From NCBI GenBank assembly GCA_943349945.1, contig CALQZS010000001.1, forward strand, positions 51,339 to 115,338: a DNA stretch of 64,000 nucleotides, read 5' to 3'. Shown here in pieces: positions 1 to 8,237 of this stretch; position 1 is the stretch's first letter; every line of letters begins with the position of its first letter. The notes under the pieces were generated by a model that was not told the DNA's origin, did no database searches, and saw nothing but the letters and a program-made list of their open reading frames with translations. The stretch is from Candidatus Nomurabacteria bacterium (GTDB lineage: Bacteria > Patescibacteriota > Minisyncoccia > Phycocordibacterales > SBAW01). The translations under genes were made by a program, and so were the position numbers.

Positions 1-953
1 CAGTCCTTACCTTTTACGCAACTCCCACCCCGTCGCACATACCCGCACAATTCTCGCCAAAAGACACTGGCGAGTTTGGGCTCCATGTCGCAGGATCGCC
101 CGAGAGTTTGGGCGAAGTGGTACTACTTAAAACACTTTTTGCAATACTCACCGAGTGGGGCGTGCCCGTGGCGCGCGTACGCGTCAACGCGCTAGGTGAC
201 AGAGACTCCAAAGCACGTTTCGAACGCGAGCTCCTTTCTTACTTACGCAGACACAGTGGCGACCTCGACCCTGCGTGCCAAGATACACTCACCACAAACC
301 CACTAGCCCCCTACACCTGCCAAAGCGAAGCGTGCCGACAGGTGCTTGCCGACGGCCCGCGTGCAGTCAACTTCCTTTCTGAAAAAAGCCGCTCGCACTT
401 TCGCGAAGTGCTCGAGCACGTAGAGAGACTAGGGCTCCCCTACGAGCTGGATGACCTGCTTGTTGGGGACGACCGCGAGCCGCGGATTGTGTTTGCAGTT
501 GATTTAGCAGAAGAGCACCCAACCGTGTTGGGCGGCACCGGCGGCCGATTTGACGAATATGTCCGCCGACTCACCAACAAAAAAGACGGCGCCGCGGTGT
601 CTGCGAGTATATTCTTTCGCAAAAAAGGAACCACAAGGTCGTGCTTTTCTGCACACACACCGCTGCGTAGTCCCAAAATATACTTTGTACAGTTGGGCCT
701 ACGCGCCAAACTCCAAGGCCTGGCTGTGGTAGATATGCTGCGCCAAGCGCAAGTACCCGTCTCGCAATCATTTGATGCAAAAAGCTTGGCGCCCCAACTT
801 GCCTCGGCAAGAACTCTGGGGGTGTCTCACCTGCTGATTATGGGCCAGCGCGAGGCGCTCGACGGCACGGTTATTGTGCGCTCGGCTACCAACAGCTCAC
901 AAACCATAATCCCGCTCACCACACTGCCTCGATTCTTGAAAAACCTGCGGTAG
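1..953 (+). CDS. hisS: histidyl-tRNA synthetase, C-terminal part (5' end lies outside the window)
   Basis: Frame is open from nt 3. The class II core region (GGTGGRFDEY) is followed by an HisRS-type anticodon-binding domain (HLLIMGQREALDGTVIVRS). Confidence 0.65.
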   Translation, partial: VLTFYATPTPSHIPAQFSPKDTGEFGLHVAGSPESLGEVVLLKTLFAILTEWGVPVARVRVNALGDRDSKARFERELLSYLRRHSGDLDPACQDTLTTNPLAPYTCQSEACRQVLADGPRAVNFLSEKSRSHFREVLEHVERLGLPYELDDLLVGDDREPRIVFAVDLAEEHPTVLGGTGGRFDEYVRRLTNKKDGAAVSASIFFRKKGTTRSCFSAHTPLRSPKIYFVQLGLRAKLQGLAVVDMLRQAQVPVSQSFDAKSLAPQLASARTLGVSHLLIMGQREALDGTVIVRSATNSSQTIIPLTTLPRFLKNLR

Positions 954-993
954 TTGCGGCCTATTTGAGCCTATGGTACTATGTGGCGTATCC

Positions 994-1248
994 ATGGCAA
1001 CAAACGCAGAAGTTACCAAAAACGACAATGAGACGGCGGTAAATCTTATCCGCCGCTTTTCTAAGCGCGTACAGGGCGCAGGCCTTATCCAACGCATGCG
1101 TAACCGCCGCTACTATGCCCGCATCAAATCACGCGAGGTGCGCCGCAAACAAACACTCAAGGTTATTAAGCGCCGAGAAAACGTGCAGGAGCTCATCAAG
1201 CTTGGCAAAATACTAGAGCGCACCACCCGCGGCCCACGTCGACGCTAA
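994..1248 (+). CDS. rpsU: 30S ribosomal protein S21
   Basis: Small basic protein with RRFSKRVQ...RRYYARIKSRE, resembling S21. Start is taken at the internal Met of ORF 973..1248. Confidence 0.65.
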   Translation: MATNAEVTKNDNETAVNLIRRFSKRVQGAGLIQRMRNRRYYARIKSREVRRKQTLKVIKRRENVQELIKLGKILERTTRGPRRR

Positions 1249-1262
1249 ATTGCGTACGTGCC

Positions 1263-1658
1263 ATGTCTCCTCAGTTCGAAAAAATAAAACAATTGGTACT
1301 TGGCAAAAAATACGACCTTTCGGTCGCTTTTTTGTCTCCCACAGAGATGCGTAAGGTAGACAAAAAGTACCCCCATCCTATCAACCCCGACGTTTCAGTC
1401 GGGGTCCCGACCAAAGCGTCGGGAAACAAGGCCAGCAACGTGCTGGCCTTCCCGCTTTCTGACACTTCAGGAGAAATTTTGCTCTGCAGAGATACTGCAG
1501 AAAAACAAGCGCCGCTGTATCACATGAGCAAGCGTACATTTGTCACGTATCTTTTTATCCACGGACTTTTGCACTTACGAGGGTTCGATCACAGTGTTAC
1601 AATGGAAGACGAAGAACGTCGAATTATGAAGAAATTCGGCCTTCGTACCCATGAGTAA
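1263..1658 (+). CDS. ybeY: rRNA maturation endoribonuclease YbeY
   Basis: Carries the zinc motif HGLLHLRGFDH in a 131-aa protein. Confidence 0.85.
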   Translation: MSPQFEKIKQLVLGKKYDLSVAFLSPTEMRKVDKKYPHPINPDVSVGVPTKASGNKASNVLAFPLSDTSGEILLCRDTAEKQAPLYHMSKRTFVTYLFIHGLLHLRGFDHSVTMEDEERRIMKKFGLRTHE

Positions 1659-2829
1659 AATTGTTACTGGCATAGATGTTGGCACACACCATGTAAAAGT
1701 GGTCATAGCGGAAGCAGCGGATGACCCGCGGCAGCCGCCGCGCATTTTGGGTACCGGCTACGCAGAAAGCCGTGGACTCAAACAAGGCTACATCGTGTCG
1801 GTACAGGAAGTATCACGCTCCATAGGGGCCGCAGTTGCACAAGCATCCAAAGCAGCACGCGTTAAGGTAAAGCGCGCCTACTTGGGGCTAGGCGGCGTCG
1901 GACTCGACGAGGCCTTTGCGCGTGGCGACGCAATGGTAGAACGCGGCAACTCCGAGGTAACCGACCGCGACATCCCCCACGCTATTGCGGCAAGCGAAAA
2001 AACACTCGCACCGTCTGCGCACCTTAACCGCAAAATCATCCACACCATACCGCTACAGTTTTCTGTCGACGGTGTACGCGTACTCGGCGGCAGCCCAATG
2101 GGCATGAAAGGCGTACGCATCTCGGTTGAAACACTTTTTATCACTTGCCTGGAGCGCCACGTCAGCGACCTTGTCGCCGCTACAGAAGACGCCGGGATAG
2201 AAGTAGAAGACGTGGTTGCATCACCCATTGCGGCAAGTTTTGTCGCACTGACCAAAATGCAAAAACGGGTCGGCTGCGTGTTGGCAAACATTGGTGCCGA
2301 AACATTGTCTATAGTGGTATTTGAAGACTCTCGCCCTATTTCTATAAAAATATTTCCTGTCGGCGCTTCTGCTATTACCCACGATTTGGCACTAGGGCTA
2401 CGCATCCCACCCGAGGATGCCGAGCAATTGAAACAAGGCGCAGTACTTGGTGCGCAATTTCCAAAAAAGAAAGTAGACGATTTGGTGTCCAGACGAGTTT
2501 CAGACATGTTTAAACTTGTCGAAGCACATTTGAAAAAAATCGGCAAAGATGAATTACTTCCTGCAGGTATTATTTTGACCGGCGGCGGCTCGTCGCTGCA
2601 GACCATGGCGGACTTAGCAAAAGCAGTGCTGCGGCTGCCGTCGCGCACCGCATCACTCACCGACAGTGCTGCAGCCAAAACCCAGCTCAAAGATGGCTCA
2701 TGGGCCGTGGCCTACGGACTTACGGTGTGGGGACTCACCCAAGGTGGCGATATGGAAGTCCACGAACCAAGCGGGTTTGGTGATTTTATAAAAAACCTCT
2801 GGCGCTGGTTTAAAAAGTTTTTACCGTAG
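1651..2829 (+). CDS. ftsA: cell division protein FtsA
   Basis: Actin-like ATPase with GIDVGT at the N-terminus and ILTGGGSSLQ, located upstream of ftsZ. Confidence 0.85.
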   Translation: MSKIVTGIDVGTHHVKVVIAEAADDPRQPPRILGTGYAESRGLKQGYIVSVQEVSRSIGAAVAQASKAARVKVKRAYLGLGGVGLDEAFARGDAMVERGNSEVTDRDIPHAIAASEKTLAPSAHLNRKIIHTIPLQFSVDGVRVLGGSPMGMKGVRISVETLFITCLERHVSDLVAATEDAGIEVEDVVASPIAASFVALTKMQKRVGCVLANIGAETLSIVVFEDSRPISIKIFPVGASAITHDLALGLRIPPEDAEQLKQGAVLGAQFPKKKVDDLVSRRVSDMFKLVEAHLKKIGKDELLPAGIILTGGGSSLQTMADLAKAVLRLPSRTASLTDSAAAKTQLKDGSWAVAYGLTVWGLTQGGDMEVHEPSGFGDFIKNLWRWFKKFLP

Positions 2830-2916
2830 GTCAAAAAACTTTGTTTGTCAAAGTTGCAAAGGGGCTCCTGAGTGGTAGAGTTGTCTCGACAGACTAACTT
2901 TAAAAAAACACTACGT

Positions 2917-4113
2917 ATGCCCCAGGTAAACCCAGAAATTGAAGCTTTCGCACGAATCCGCGTCGTCGGTGTTGGCGGCTCGGGCAAAAACGCCGTCAAC
3001 CACATGATGGAAAGCAAAGTGCGTGGCGTCGACTTTGTCGTGGTTAACACCGACGCACAAGACCTCCACCACAGCCTCGCAAAGAAAAAAATCCACATCG
3101 GCAAAAACCTGACCCGCGGTTTGGGTGCGGGCGCAAACCCAGACTTGGGCCGCCGCGCCGCCGAAGAAACTAAGGAAGAAATTCAGCAAGCCATGAAGGG
3201 CTCAGACATGGTGTTTATCGCTTGCGGTATGGGCGGCGGCACCGGCACAGGTGCCGCACCTGTGGTAGCCAAAACTGCAAAAGAGCTGGGCGCCCTGACC
3301 GTCGCAGTGGTAACCAAACCATTTTCATTCGAAGGGCAGCAGCGCCTACGCATGGCCGAGCAAGGTTTGGAGGATTTGCGCAAAGAGGTGGACGCGCTCA
3401 TCGTCATCCCCAACGACCGCATCTTGGCCACAGTAGCCAAAGACACCACGCTCAAGGCAGCGTTTGCCTTGTGTGACGATATTTTAAAACAAGCAGTCGA
3501 GGGAATTTCTGACCTTATCACCCACCCCGGCATCATCAACGTCGACTTTGCCGACATCCGCGCCGTTATGGAAAACGCCGGCTCGGCACTTATGGGTATT
3601 GGTGTTGCGTCGGGCGAAAACCGCGCAGCGGTTGCTGCCAAAGCAGCCGTATCCTCGCCACTGCTTGAGCTGTCTATAAACGGTGCAAAAGGTGTGCTGT
3701 TTGCGATCGCCGGTGGCGACGACCTGGGGATGGTAGAAGTGCACGAGGCAGCAAAAATCATCACCGAGTCAGTGGATGCAAATGCCAAAATCATCTTTGG
3801 TGCAATCAAAGACGAAAAACTCAAGAAAAACGACGTACGCGTAACGGTCATTGCAACTGGCTTCCCCGCTGTAGGCGTAACGCCTCGTGGCACACCATTG
3901 TTTAACTTTGCCCGCGACACAAAAGAAAAAGAGCCTGACGTCGCCCCTATCGGCAAAATATTTAACACACCAGCAGCACCCACAAAAGAAAAAGAGGAGG
4001 AGCCTAAAAAAGCCCCTGTCCAAGAGATTGAAGTGAAGCCAAAAAAAGACGAGGACGAAGACGATGAGTGGGGCGCGGTACCATCCTTCCTTCGCCGACC
4101 AAAAATTAAATAA
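2917..4113 (+). CDS. ftsZ: cell division GTPase FtsZ
   Basis: Contains IRVVGVGGSGKNAV and the GGGTGTGAAPVVA tubulin signature. The Met at 2917 gives an N-terminus of typical length (ORF 2872..4113). Confidence 0.95.
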   Translation: MPQVNPEIEAFARIRVVGVGGSGKNAVNHMMESKVRGVDFVVVNTDAQDLHHSLAKKKIHIGKNLTRGLGAGANPDLGRRAAEETKEEIQQAMKGSDMVFIACGMGGGTGTGAAPVVAKTAKELGALTVAVVTKPFSFEGQQRLRMAEQGLEDLRKEVDALIVIPNDRILATVAKDTTLKAAFALCDDILKQAVEGISDLITHPGIINVDFADIRAVMENAGSALMGIGVASGENRAAVAAKAAVSSPLLELSINGAKGVLFAIAGGDDLGMVEVHEAAKIITESVDANAKIIFGAIKDEKLKKNDVRVTVIATGFPAVGVTPRGTPLFNFARDTKEKEPDVAPIGKIFNTPAAPTKEKEEEPKKAPVQEIEVKPKKDEDEDDEWGAVPSFLRRPKIK

Positions 4114-4119
4114 AAATCC

Positions 4120-4192
4120 GCGAGTAAATAAGAAAAAGAGTGCGCTCCGGGCCGCTAGGCCAAGTCTAACCCTCTTTTTCTTATTTACTCGC
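4120..4192. repeat. perfect 21-bp inverted repeat (gcgagtaaataagaaaaagag / ctctttttcttatttactcgc) around a 31-nt GC-rich loop, downstream of ftsZ
   Basis: Arms at 4120-4140 and 4172-4192 are exact reverse complements. The stem is AT-rich and there is no U-tract after it. Confidence 0.8.
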
Positions 4193-4217
4193 TCCTCTCT
4201 ACTGGTATACTATCTCC

Positions 4218-5147
4218 ATGATTTATGACCTTGCAATAATTGGTGGCGGCCCTGCGGGTGTTGCTGCTGGAGTGTATGCTGCCCGCAAACGATTAAAAAC
4301 AGTTTTTCTTGCAGAGAGTATTGGTGGCCAAAGCACCGACTCCGTCGAGATACAAAACTGGATAGGCACCGAAAAAATATCCGGGCTTGATTTGGCAAAG
4401 TCGCTTGAGACACACTTGCACGCATACGCAAGCGATGTGGTGGATATACACATAGGTGCGCGTGCTACTGCGGTCACCAAAACCTCTACGGGTTTTTCTA
4501 TCCAAACAAATAAAGAGACGTTTGAGGCACGCGCCGTACTGGTAGCCACCGGTGGTTCGCGGCGCAAACTCGACATCCCCGGTGCGGCAGCGTTTGAGCA
4601 TAAAGGGGTTACCTATTGCGCATCTTGCGACGGCCCTATGTTTACAGGCCAAGACACTATTGTTGTTGGCGGCGGCAACGCCGGGTTTGAGACCGCCGCA
4701 CAACTGCTTGCGTATGCAAAATCAGTAACCCTGGTGCACCGTAGCCCCGACTTTGCCCGCGCCGACGCTGCAACCGTAAACGCCGTACTCGCCCACCCCA
4801 ACATGCGCGCCTTGGCCAACACAGAACCCGTGGAGGTAAAAGGTACTACGTTTGTAAACGCCCTTACAGTCAAAAATAAAGAAACTGGCGAAGTGTCGGA
4901 CATTCCTGTTGCTGGTATTTTTGTAGAAATTGGTATGACCGCCAACACCGACCTGGTCAAAGGCCTGGTAGACCTAGACGACTGGGGTCGCGTCAAAGTG
5001 GATGGCAAAAGCCAACGCGCATCACTACCGGGCATTTGGTCTGCGGGCGACTGCTCGGACGGTCTGTATCATCAAAACAACATCGCCGCAGGCGACGCGG
5101 TGAAAGCACTGGAAGATATCTACTTCTACCTTCGCGCAAACAAATAA
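4218..5147 (+). CDS. trxB: thioredoxin-disulfide reductase-like FAD/NAD(P) oxidoreductase
   Basis: Has the FAD-binding motif IIGGGPAGVAAGVYAARK, a redox-active CASC, and the second Rossmann motif VVGGGNAG. Confidence 0.8.
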   Translation: MIYDLAIIGGGPAGVAAGVYAARKRLKTVFLAESIGGQSTDSVEIQNWIGTEKISGLDLAKSLETHLHAYASDVVDIHIGARATAVTKTSTGFSIQTNKETFEARAVLVATGGSRRKLDIPGAAAFEHKGVTYCASCDGPMFTGQDTIVVGGGNAGFETAAQLLAYAKSVTLVHRSPDFARADAATVNAVLAHPNMRALANTEPVEVKGTTFVNALTVKNKETGEVSDIPVAGIFVEIGMTANTDLVKGLVDLDDWGRVKVDGKSQRASLPGIWSAGDCSDGLYHQNNIAAGDAVKALEDIYFYLRANK

Positions 5148-5188
5148 AAATCGGGCCGCCTTTGTAGGGCGACCCGAGCACGATTCGT

Positions 5189-5476
5189 CTATTTTCTTTT
5201 CTTGCGGACTTTTTTGGTCGGCACCCCTTCTTCGGGCCATCCGCCATAGTAATTCCACCCCAAAGCCACAGCAAGGCGAAACAGCGTGTATGCATGGGGC
5301 TTTCTGGTAATCCCCTGAGCAAAGTTGCTCACTGTCGCCGGACTCAAGCGCGCACTGTGCGCCACATGACCCCAGTTGACTCCGCGCTGACCATAAGCCC
5401 TGAACAGACGTCCACGCAGGTCGTCTACCCATTCTTCAAAATCAGATTCGTACGGCACGGGCATCTTCCGGGTCAT
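5189..5476 (-). CDS. helix-turn-helix DNA-binding protein, hypothetical
   Basis: Predicted start at MTRKMPV with a GGAG-like RBS. HTH-like segment LSPATVSNFAQG and a basic C-terminal tail (KKVRKKRK). Confidence 0.45.
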   Translation of the reverse strand: MTRKMPVPYESDFEEWVDDLRGRLFRAYGQRGVNWGHVAHSARLSPATVSNFAQGITRKPHAYTLFRLAVALGWNYYGGWPEEGVPTKKVRKKRK

Positions 5477-5751
5477 AGTAGCCCACTCCCCCCTGGAGCA
5501 AAGGCCCATACAACAGCCTCCGGTCCTTGCCGTCCTTTGCCCATACAGTAGACGATGACATCGTCCACAGTAGGGACAGTAGTCTCCCTTTCTTCCAGGA
5601 ATTCGGTCCCCTCGGGGTTCATCTTCCTACCATTTGCAGTATGGAAGAAGAGCCCACGGTGAAAGAGTCTGACCCCAAGGAAACCGAACCCTCCTCCGCT
5701 TCTGTTGGGGTAGAAGCGCACTACTCGCGCGCGTCCTATGGTTGTGTCCAT
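5473..5751 (-). CDS. hypothetical small protein (92 aa) upstream of the HTH gene
   Basis: Internal Met of ORF 5473..5928. The upstream part of that ORF lies in AT-rich promoter DNA. Its stop abuts the start of the HTH gene. Confidence 0.3.
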   Translation of the reverse strand: MDTTIGRARVVRFYPNRSGGGFGFLGVRLFHRGLFFHTANGRKMNPEGTEFLEERETTVPTVDDVIVYCMGKGRQGPEAVVWAFAPGGSGLL

Positions 5752-5920
5752 TAAAAAGAACTCACGTACACCACCTGATTTTCTTTGAACCCAAGCATTC
5801 TGCAAAGGTCTGGCGGCAAACAGACAATACAATTTATATTTAGATATGTCAAATTTCTCAACAACTGGACAGTTTGTCTTAAATATGCTATAATTAAACG
5901 CAGGGAGTAAGGAGGTAAGA

Positions 5921-6400
5921 TTGCACACACTAAAACACTACTGGCTGGGCGCTAACTATGCCCTATACCTGGCGCTCAACGGGAGCATCGACATGGGGTA
6001 CAAAGACCTGAACATGGCTATAGGTACGCTCCAGGCTGTACCAGGCATCCGACACATTCTGCGCAACAAGATCCGCGGGTGGGCTACGCTGGCAGCAGCA
6101 AAGACTACCAGCCACAAGGCCGCAAGCGCACATGAAAAAACGCTTGCGTACATCCAACTGACCTGGGCGCATATTCGCGCCCACTCAACGAGAGCCGATA
6201 CCGAGAAGTCTCTCATGTCGGCACGAAACTTGGTACCCTGGATAACCACAAACACAAAGGAAGAGCGTTTGTGGTATGCCGACAGCCTGAAAAAGATCGG
6301 CGACCTCCACATGGCGATGGGCGGAGTGTATGAGGCGCTTGCCCCAGCATTCTACCAAGAAGCCACTCGCGAAAGAGCAGCCGCCGGACAACAGGCCTAG
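5921..6400 (+). CDS. hypothetical protein
   Basis: Strong SD (AAGGAGG) 7 nt before a TTG start, with a TATAAT -10 element upstream. 159 aa with no recognised motif. Confidence 0.55.
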   Translation: MHTLKHYWLGANYALYLALNGSIDMGYKDLNMAIGTLQAVPGIRHILRNKIRGWATLAAAKTTSHKAASAHEKTLAYIQLTWAHIRAHSTRADTEKSLMSARNLVPWITTNTKEERLWYADSLKKIGDLHMAMGGVYEALAPAFYQEATRERAAAGQQA

Positions 6401-6405
6401 ACGCA

Positions 6406-6448
6406 AAAACACGCAACCCCACCCTAGGGATTGCGTGTTTCTTTTTTG
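6406..6448. terminator. bidirectional intrinsic terminator between convergent genes
   Basis: Stem aaacacgcaa / ttgcgtgttt is flanked by an A-run and a T-run. Confidence 0.6.
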
Positions 6449-6464
6449 TGTTTACCTGTGTCGC

Positions 6465-6857
6465 TTACTGTGCAAACCAGCTTGTATGCCACTGCTGCAT
6501 CATTTCAATTTCTTTTGTTTGTGCCGCAATTATATCGTTACCCAGTTTTTGTAGCTCGGAACGCTTGGTCCCTGCAATTAATACTTTCGACATCTCTATA
6601 GCGCCTTGGTGGTGCACTATCATCCCTTCCAAAAATGCCTCGTCGAGCTCGTCCCCTGTTTTGCCACTTAGCCCCATCATCATGCCACCCATCGCACCAT
6701 GCATGCCAGACTGCGCATCACGAGACTCCATACGCCAGCCCCATTTGTCATGCATACCATCCCATCTGTCTGATTTGTCTCCTACCACATACCCAAACAG
6801 CCCGCCCACCAGTAACGCGCCCGCTGCTACAAGCAGCATTTCTTTTTTTATCTGCAT
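6465..6857 (-). CDS. DUF305-family metal-binding protein, membrane-anchored
   Basis: N-terminal TM segment and the characteristic HHQGAIEM motif. Confidence 0.75.
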   Translation of the reverse strand: MQIKKEMLLVAAGALLVGGLFGYVVGDKSDRWDGMHDKWGWRMESRDAQSGMHGAMGGMMMGLSGKTGDELDEAFLEGMIVHHQGAIEMSKVLIAGTKRSELQKLGNDIIAAQTKEIEMMQQWHTSWFAQ

Positions 6858-6903
6858 ATGCCTCTAGTATACACCCGCCACACAAACCAAACCCGCCTCC
6901 CTC

Positions 6904-6942
6904 TACGAAGGTCAGTCCTTCGTCGAAGGACTGACCTTCGTA
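6904..6942. repeat. perfect palindrome (core 35 nt: cgaaggtcagtccttcg|tcgaaggactgaccttcg), copy 1
   Basis: Exact self-complement. An identical 35-mer occurs at 30898-30932. GGGATAAC-type DnaA-box-like motifs follow at 6951-6985. Confidence 0.9.
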
Positions 6943-6994
6943 AGCCAAGATGGGGATAACTTTTTTGTGGGATAATTAAAGGCTTTTGTTTATT

Positions 6995-7015
6995 TGTGAC
7001 CTCACCGGGAATCAG
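6995..7015. repeat. direct repeat of the tRNA-Glu 3' end, 175 nt downstream of that tRNA
   Basis: tgtgacctcaccgggaatc here versus tgtgaccccaccgggaatc at 7170-7188 (1 mismatch). Confidence 0.7.
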
Positions 7016-7171
7016 CTGCACGAAATTGTTTAATTTTCATGGTCACAAGTCAAATTTTGTCGTCACAAAATTCGCTCGCGACCCCGGCTCGCGATTTTGC
7101 AAGTGCAAAACATCGCTACGCCCGTCCCAAAAGCAGAAAACCTGCCGCAGGGCAGGTATTTCTGTCTTTTG

Positions 7172-7243
7172 TGACCCCACCGGGAATCGAACCCGGATTA
7201 ACGGCTTGAAAAGCCGGCGTCCTAACCGTTAGACGATGGGGCC
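7172..7243 (-). tRNA. tRNA-Glu (anticodon TTC)
   Basis: Cloverleaf GGCCCCA...CTTTTCAAG...GGTTCGATTCC...TGGGGTCA. CCA is not encoded. Confidence 0.85.
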
Positions 7244-7327
7244 GTTTACCCACCCACTTGGGCGGATACAATGCAAAATATAGCTTAAAACTCAAAAAAA
7301 TGCTATTTTGCGGAAGACTAGACTCAA

Positions 7328-7414
7328 GGAGAGGTGGCTGAGTGGTCTAAGGCACCGGTTTCGAAAACCGGCATGGGGGAAACCTCATCGAGGGTTCAAA
7401 TCCCTCCCTCTCCG
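7328..7414 (+). tRNA. tRNA-Ser (anticodon CGA)
   Basis: GGAGAGG acceptor stem, anticodon loop TTCGAAA, long variable arm, and T-loop GGTTCAAATCC. Confidence 0.9.
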
Positions 7415-7420
7415 CAAGTA

Positions 7421-7450
7421 AAAAATACGCGCCATTTGGCGCCATTTTTT
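7421..7450. terminator. intrinsic terminator after tRNA-Ser (A-run, GCGCC/GGCGC stem, T-run)
   Basis: Sequence aaaaaatacgcgccatttggcgccatttttt. Confidence 0.7.
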
Positions 7451-7583
7451 AGCGAAGAGGAACAAAGTGCGGGGCACTTTGTGTGAGGTATTTGAAAGCC
7501 GGAACGGGCCCCGGACCAGCAGGTACGGGGGTGAGGCAGGGTCGTGCGGCCAAAGTTGCGACGGGAACTTTGGGACGCCTGAC

Positions 7584-7604
7584 CAAATCCCTCCCTCTCC
7601 GCAA
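7584..7604. repeat. exact 21-nt direct repeat of the tRNA-Ser(CGA) 3' end (caaatccctccctctccgcaa)
   Basis: Identical to 7397-7417. It lies 187 nt downstream of the tRNA, at the left edge of a low-GC island. Confidence 0.85.
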
Positions 7605-7637
7605 AAGTTCGAAATTATAATATGGTATAACTCCTTT

Positions 7638-8237
7638 GTGGACATTGCTGCACAAATTTTAGCATTTTTTGGAAACAACACGCCCCTGGTATCTTTTTTT
7701 GGAGCAATTATAGGTGGCGAAGAAACTCTCGTATTGCTTGTTATTTTTGCAGCGCGAGACACGCTTAACCTTTGGCACATTGTAATCTTTTTTTATGCCG
7801 GAGTAATGGTGTCAGATGCTTTGTGGTACCTGGTCGGCAGATCCAGAGTATTTAATTGGCTCATCACGCACAGACTTACGTTTAATGCATATACCTATTG
7901 GGGAAAGATGCTATACAAAACCATGGGCAACAACACACTGGAAGTATTGTTCATGACTAAATTTTTATATGGTTTTAGAATCCCTACCATCATGTATTTT
8001 GCTCAAGAACGTTTGTCGTTTCGAGCTTTTATACAATACTCACTACTGACCAACTTGATTTGGATGACCATAATCACCGTCTTTGCATGGTTTGCAGGAA
8101 AAGGTATCAAATTTGCTATGCATTTTTCACACAACATTCTCCTGGACGTCTTCCTCATTGGTGTGGTTATGGTTCTTTTTGCTCTTGTTGCTAGAATTGC
8201 CTCAAAGTACACAAAATCATGGCTCCAAAAGAAATAA
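7638..8237 (+). CDS. DedA/VTT-family-like integral membrane protein (start uncertain)
   Basis: Multi-TM protein with a GGEETLVLL segment resembling the DedA PGE..L.LAG motif. It sits in a ~40% GC region. The GTG at 7638 is the first plausible start after the tRNA repeat; the upstream part of ORF 7467..8237 overlaps the repeat and is rejected. Confidence 0.5.
   Translation: MDIAAQILAFFGNNTPLVSFFGAIIGGEETLVLLVIFAARDTLNLWHIVIFFYAGVMVSDALWYLVGRSRVFNWLITHRLTFNAYTYWGKMLYKTMGNNTLEVLFMTKFLYGFRIPTIMYFAQERLSFRAFIQYSLLTNLIWMTIITVFAWFAGKGIKFAMHFSHNILLDVFLIGVVMVLFALVARIASKYTKSWLQKK

Noticed and set aside
1878-2690. Long antisense ORFs opposite ftsA and ftsZ (1878-2690, 3183-3983), GroEL (29217-30008), the S41 peptidase (47861-49150), the RND pump and others
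   Set aside because: These are shadow ORFs typical of GC-rich coding DNA. The sense-strand proteins have clear family signatures, while the antisense products are low-complexity.
4120-4192. Possible CRISPR repeat or riboswitch after ftsZ
   Set aside because: It is a single inverted repeat with no spacer-repeat periodicity and no conserved riboswitch motifs.
7467-7637. N-terminal 57 codons of ORF 7467-8237
   Set aside because: They overlap the terminator and the tRNA-Ser repeat and read through G-rich non-coding DNA. The start was moved to the GTG at 7638.
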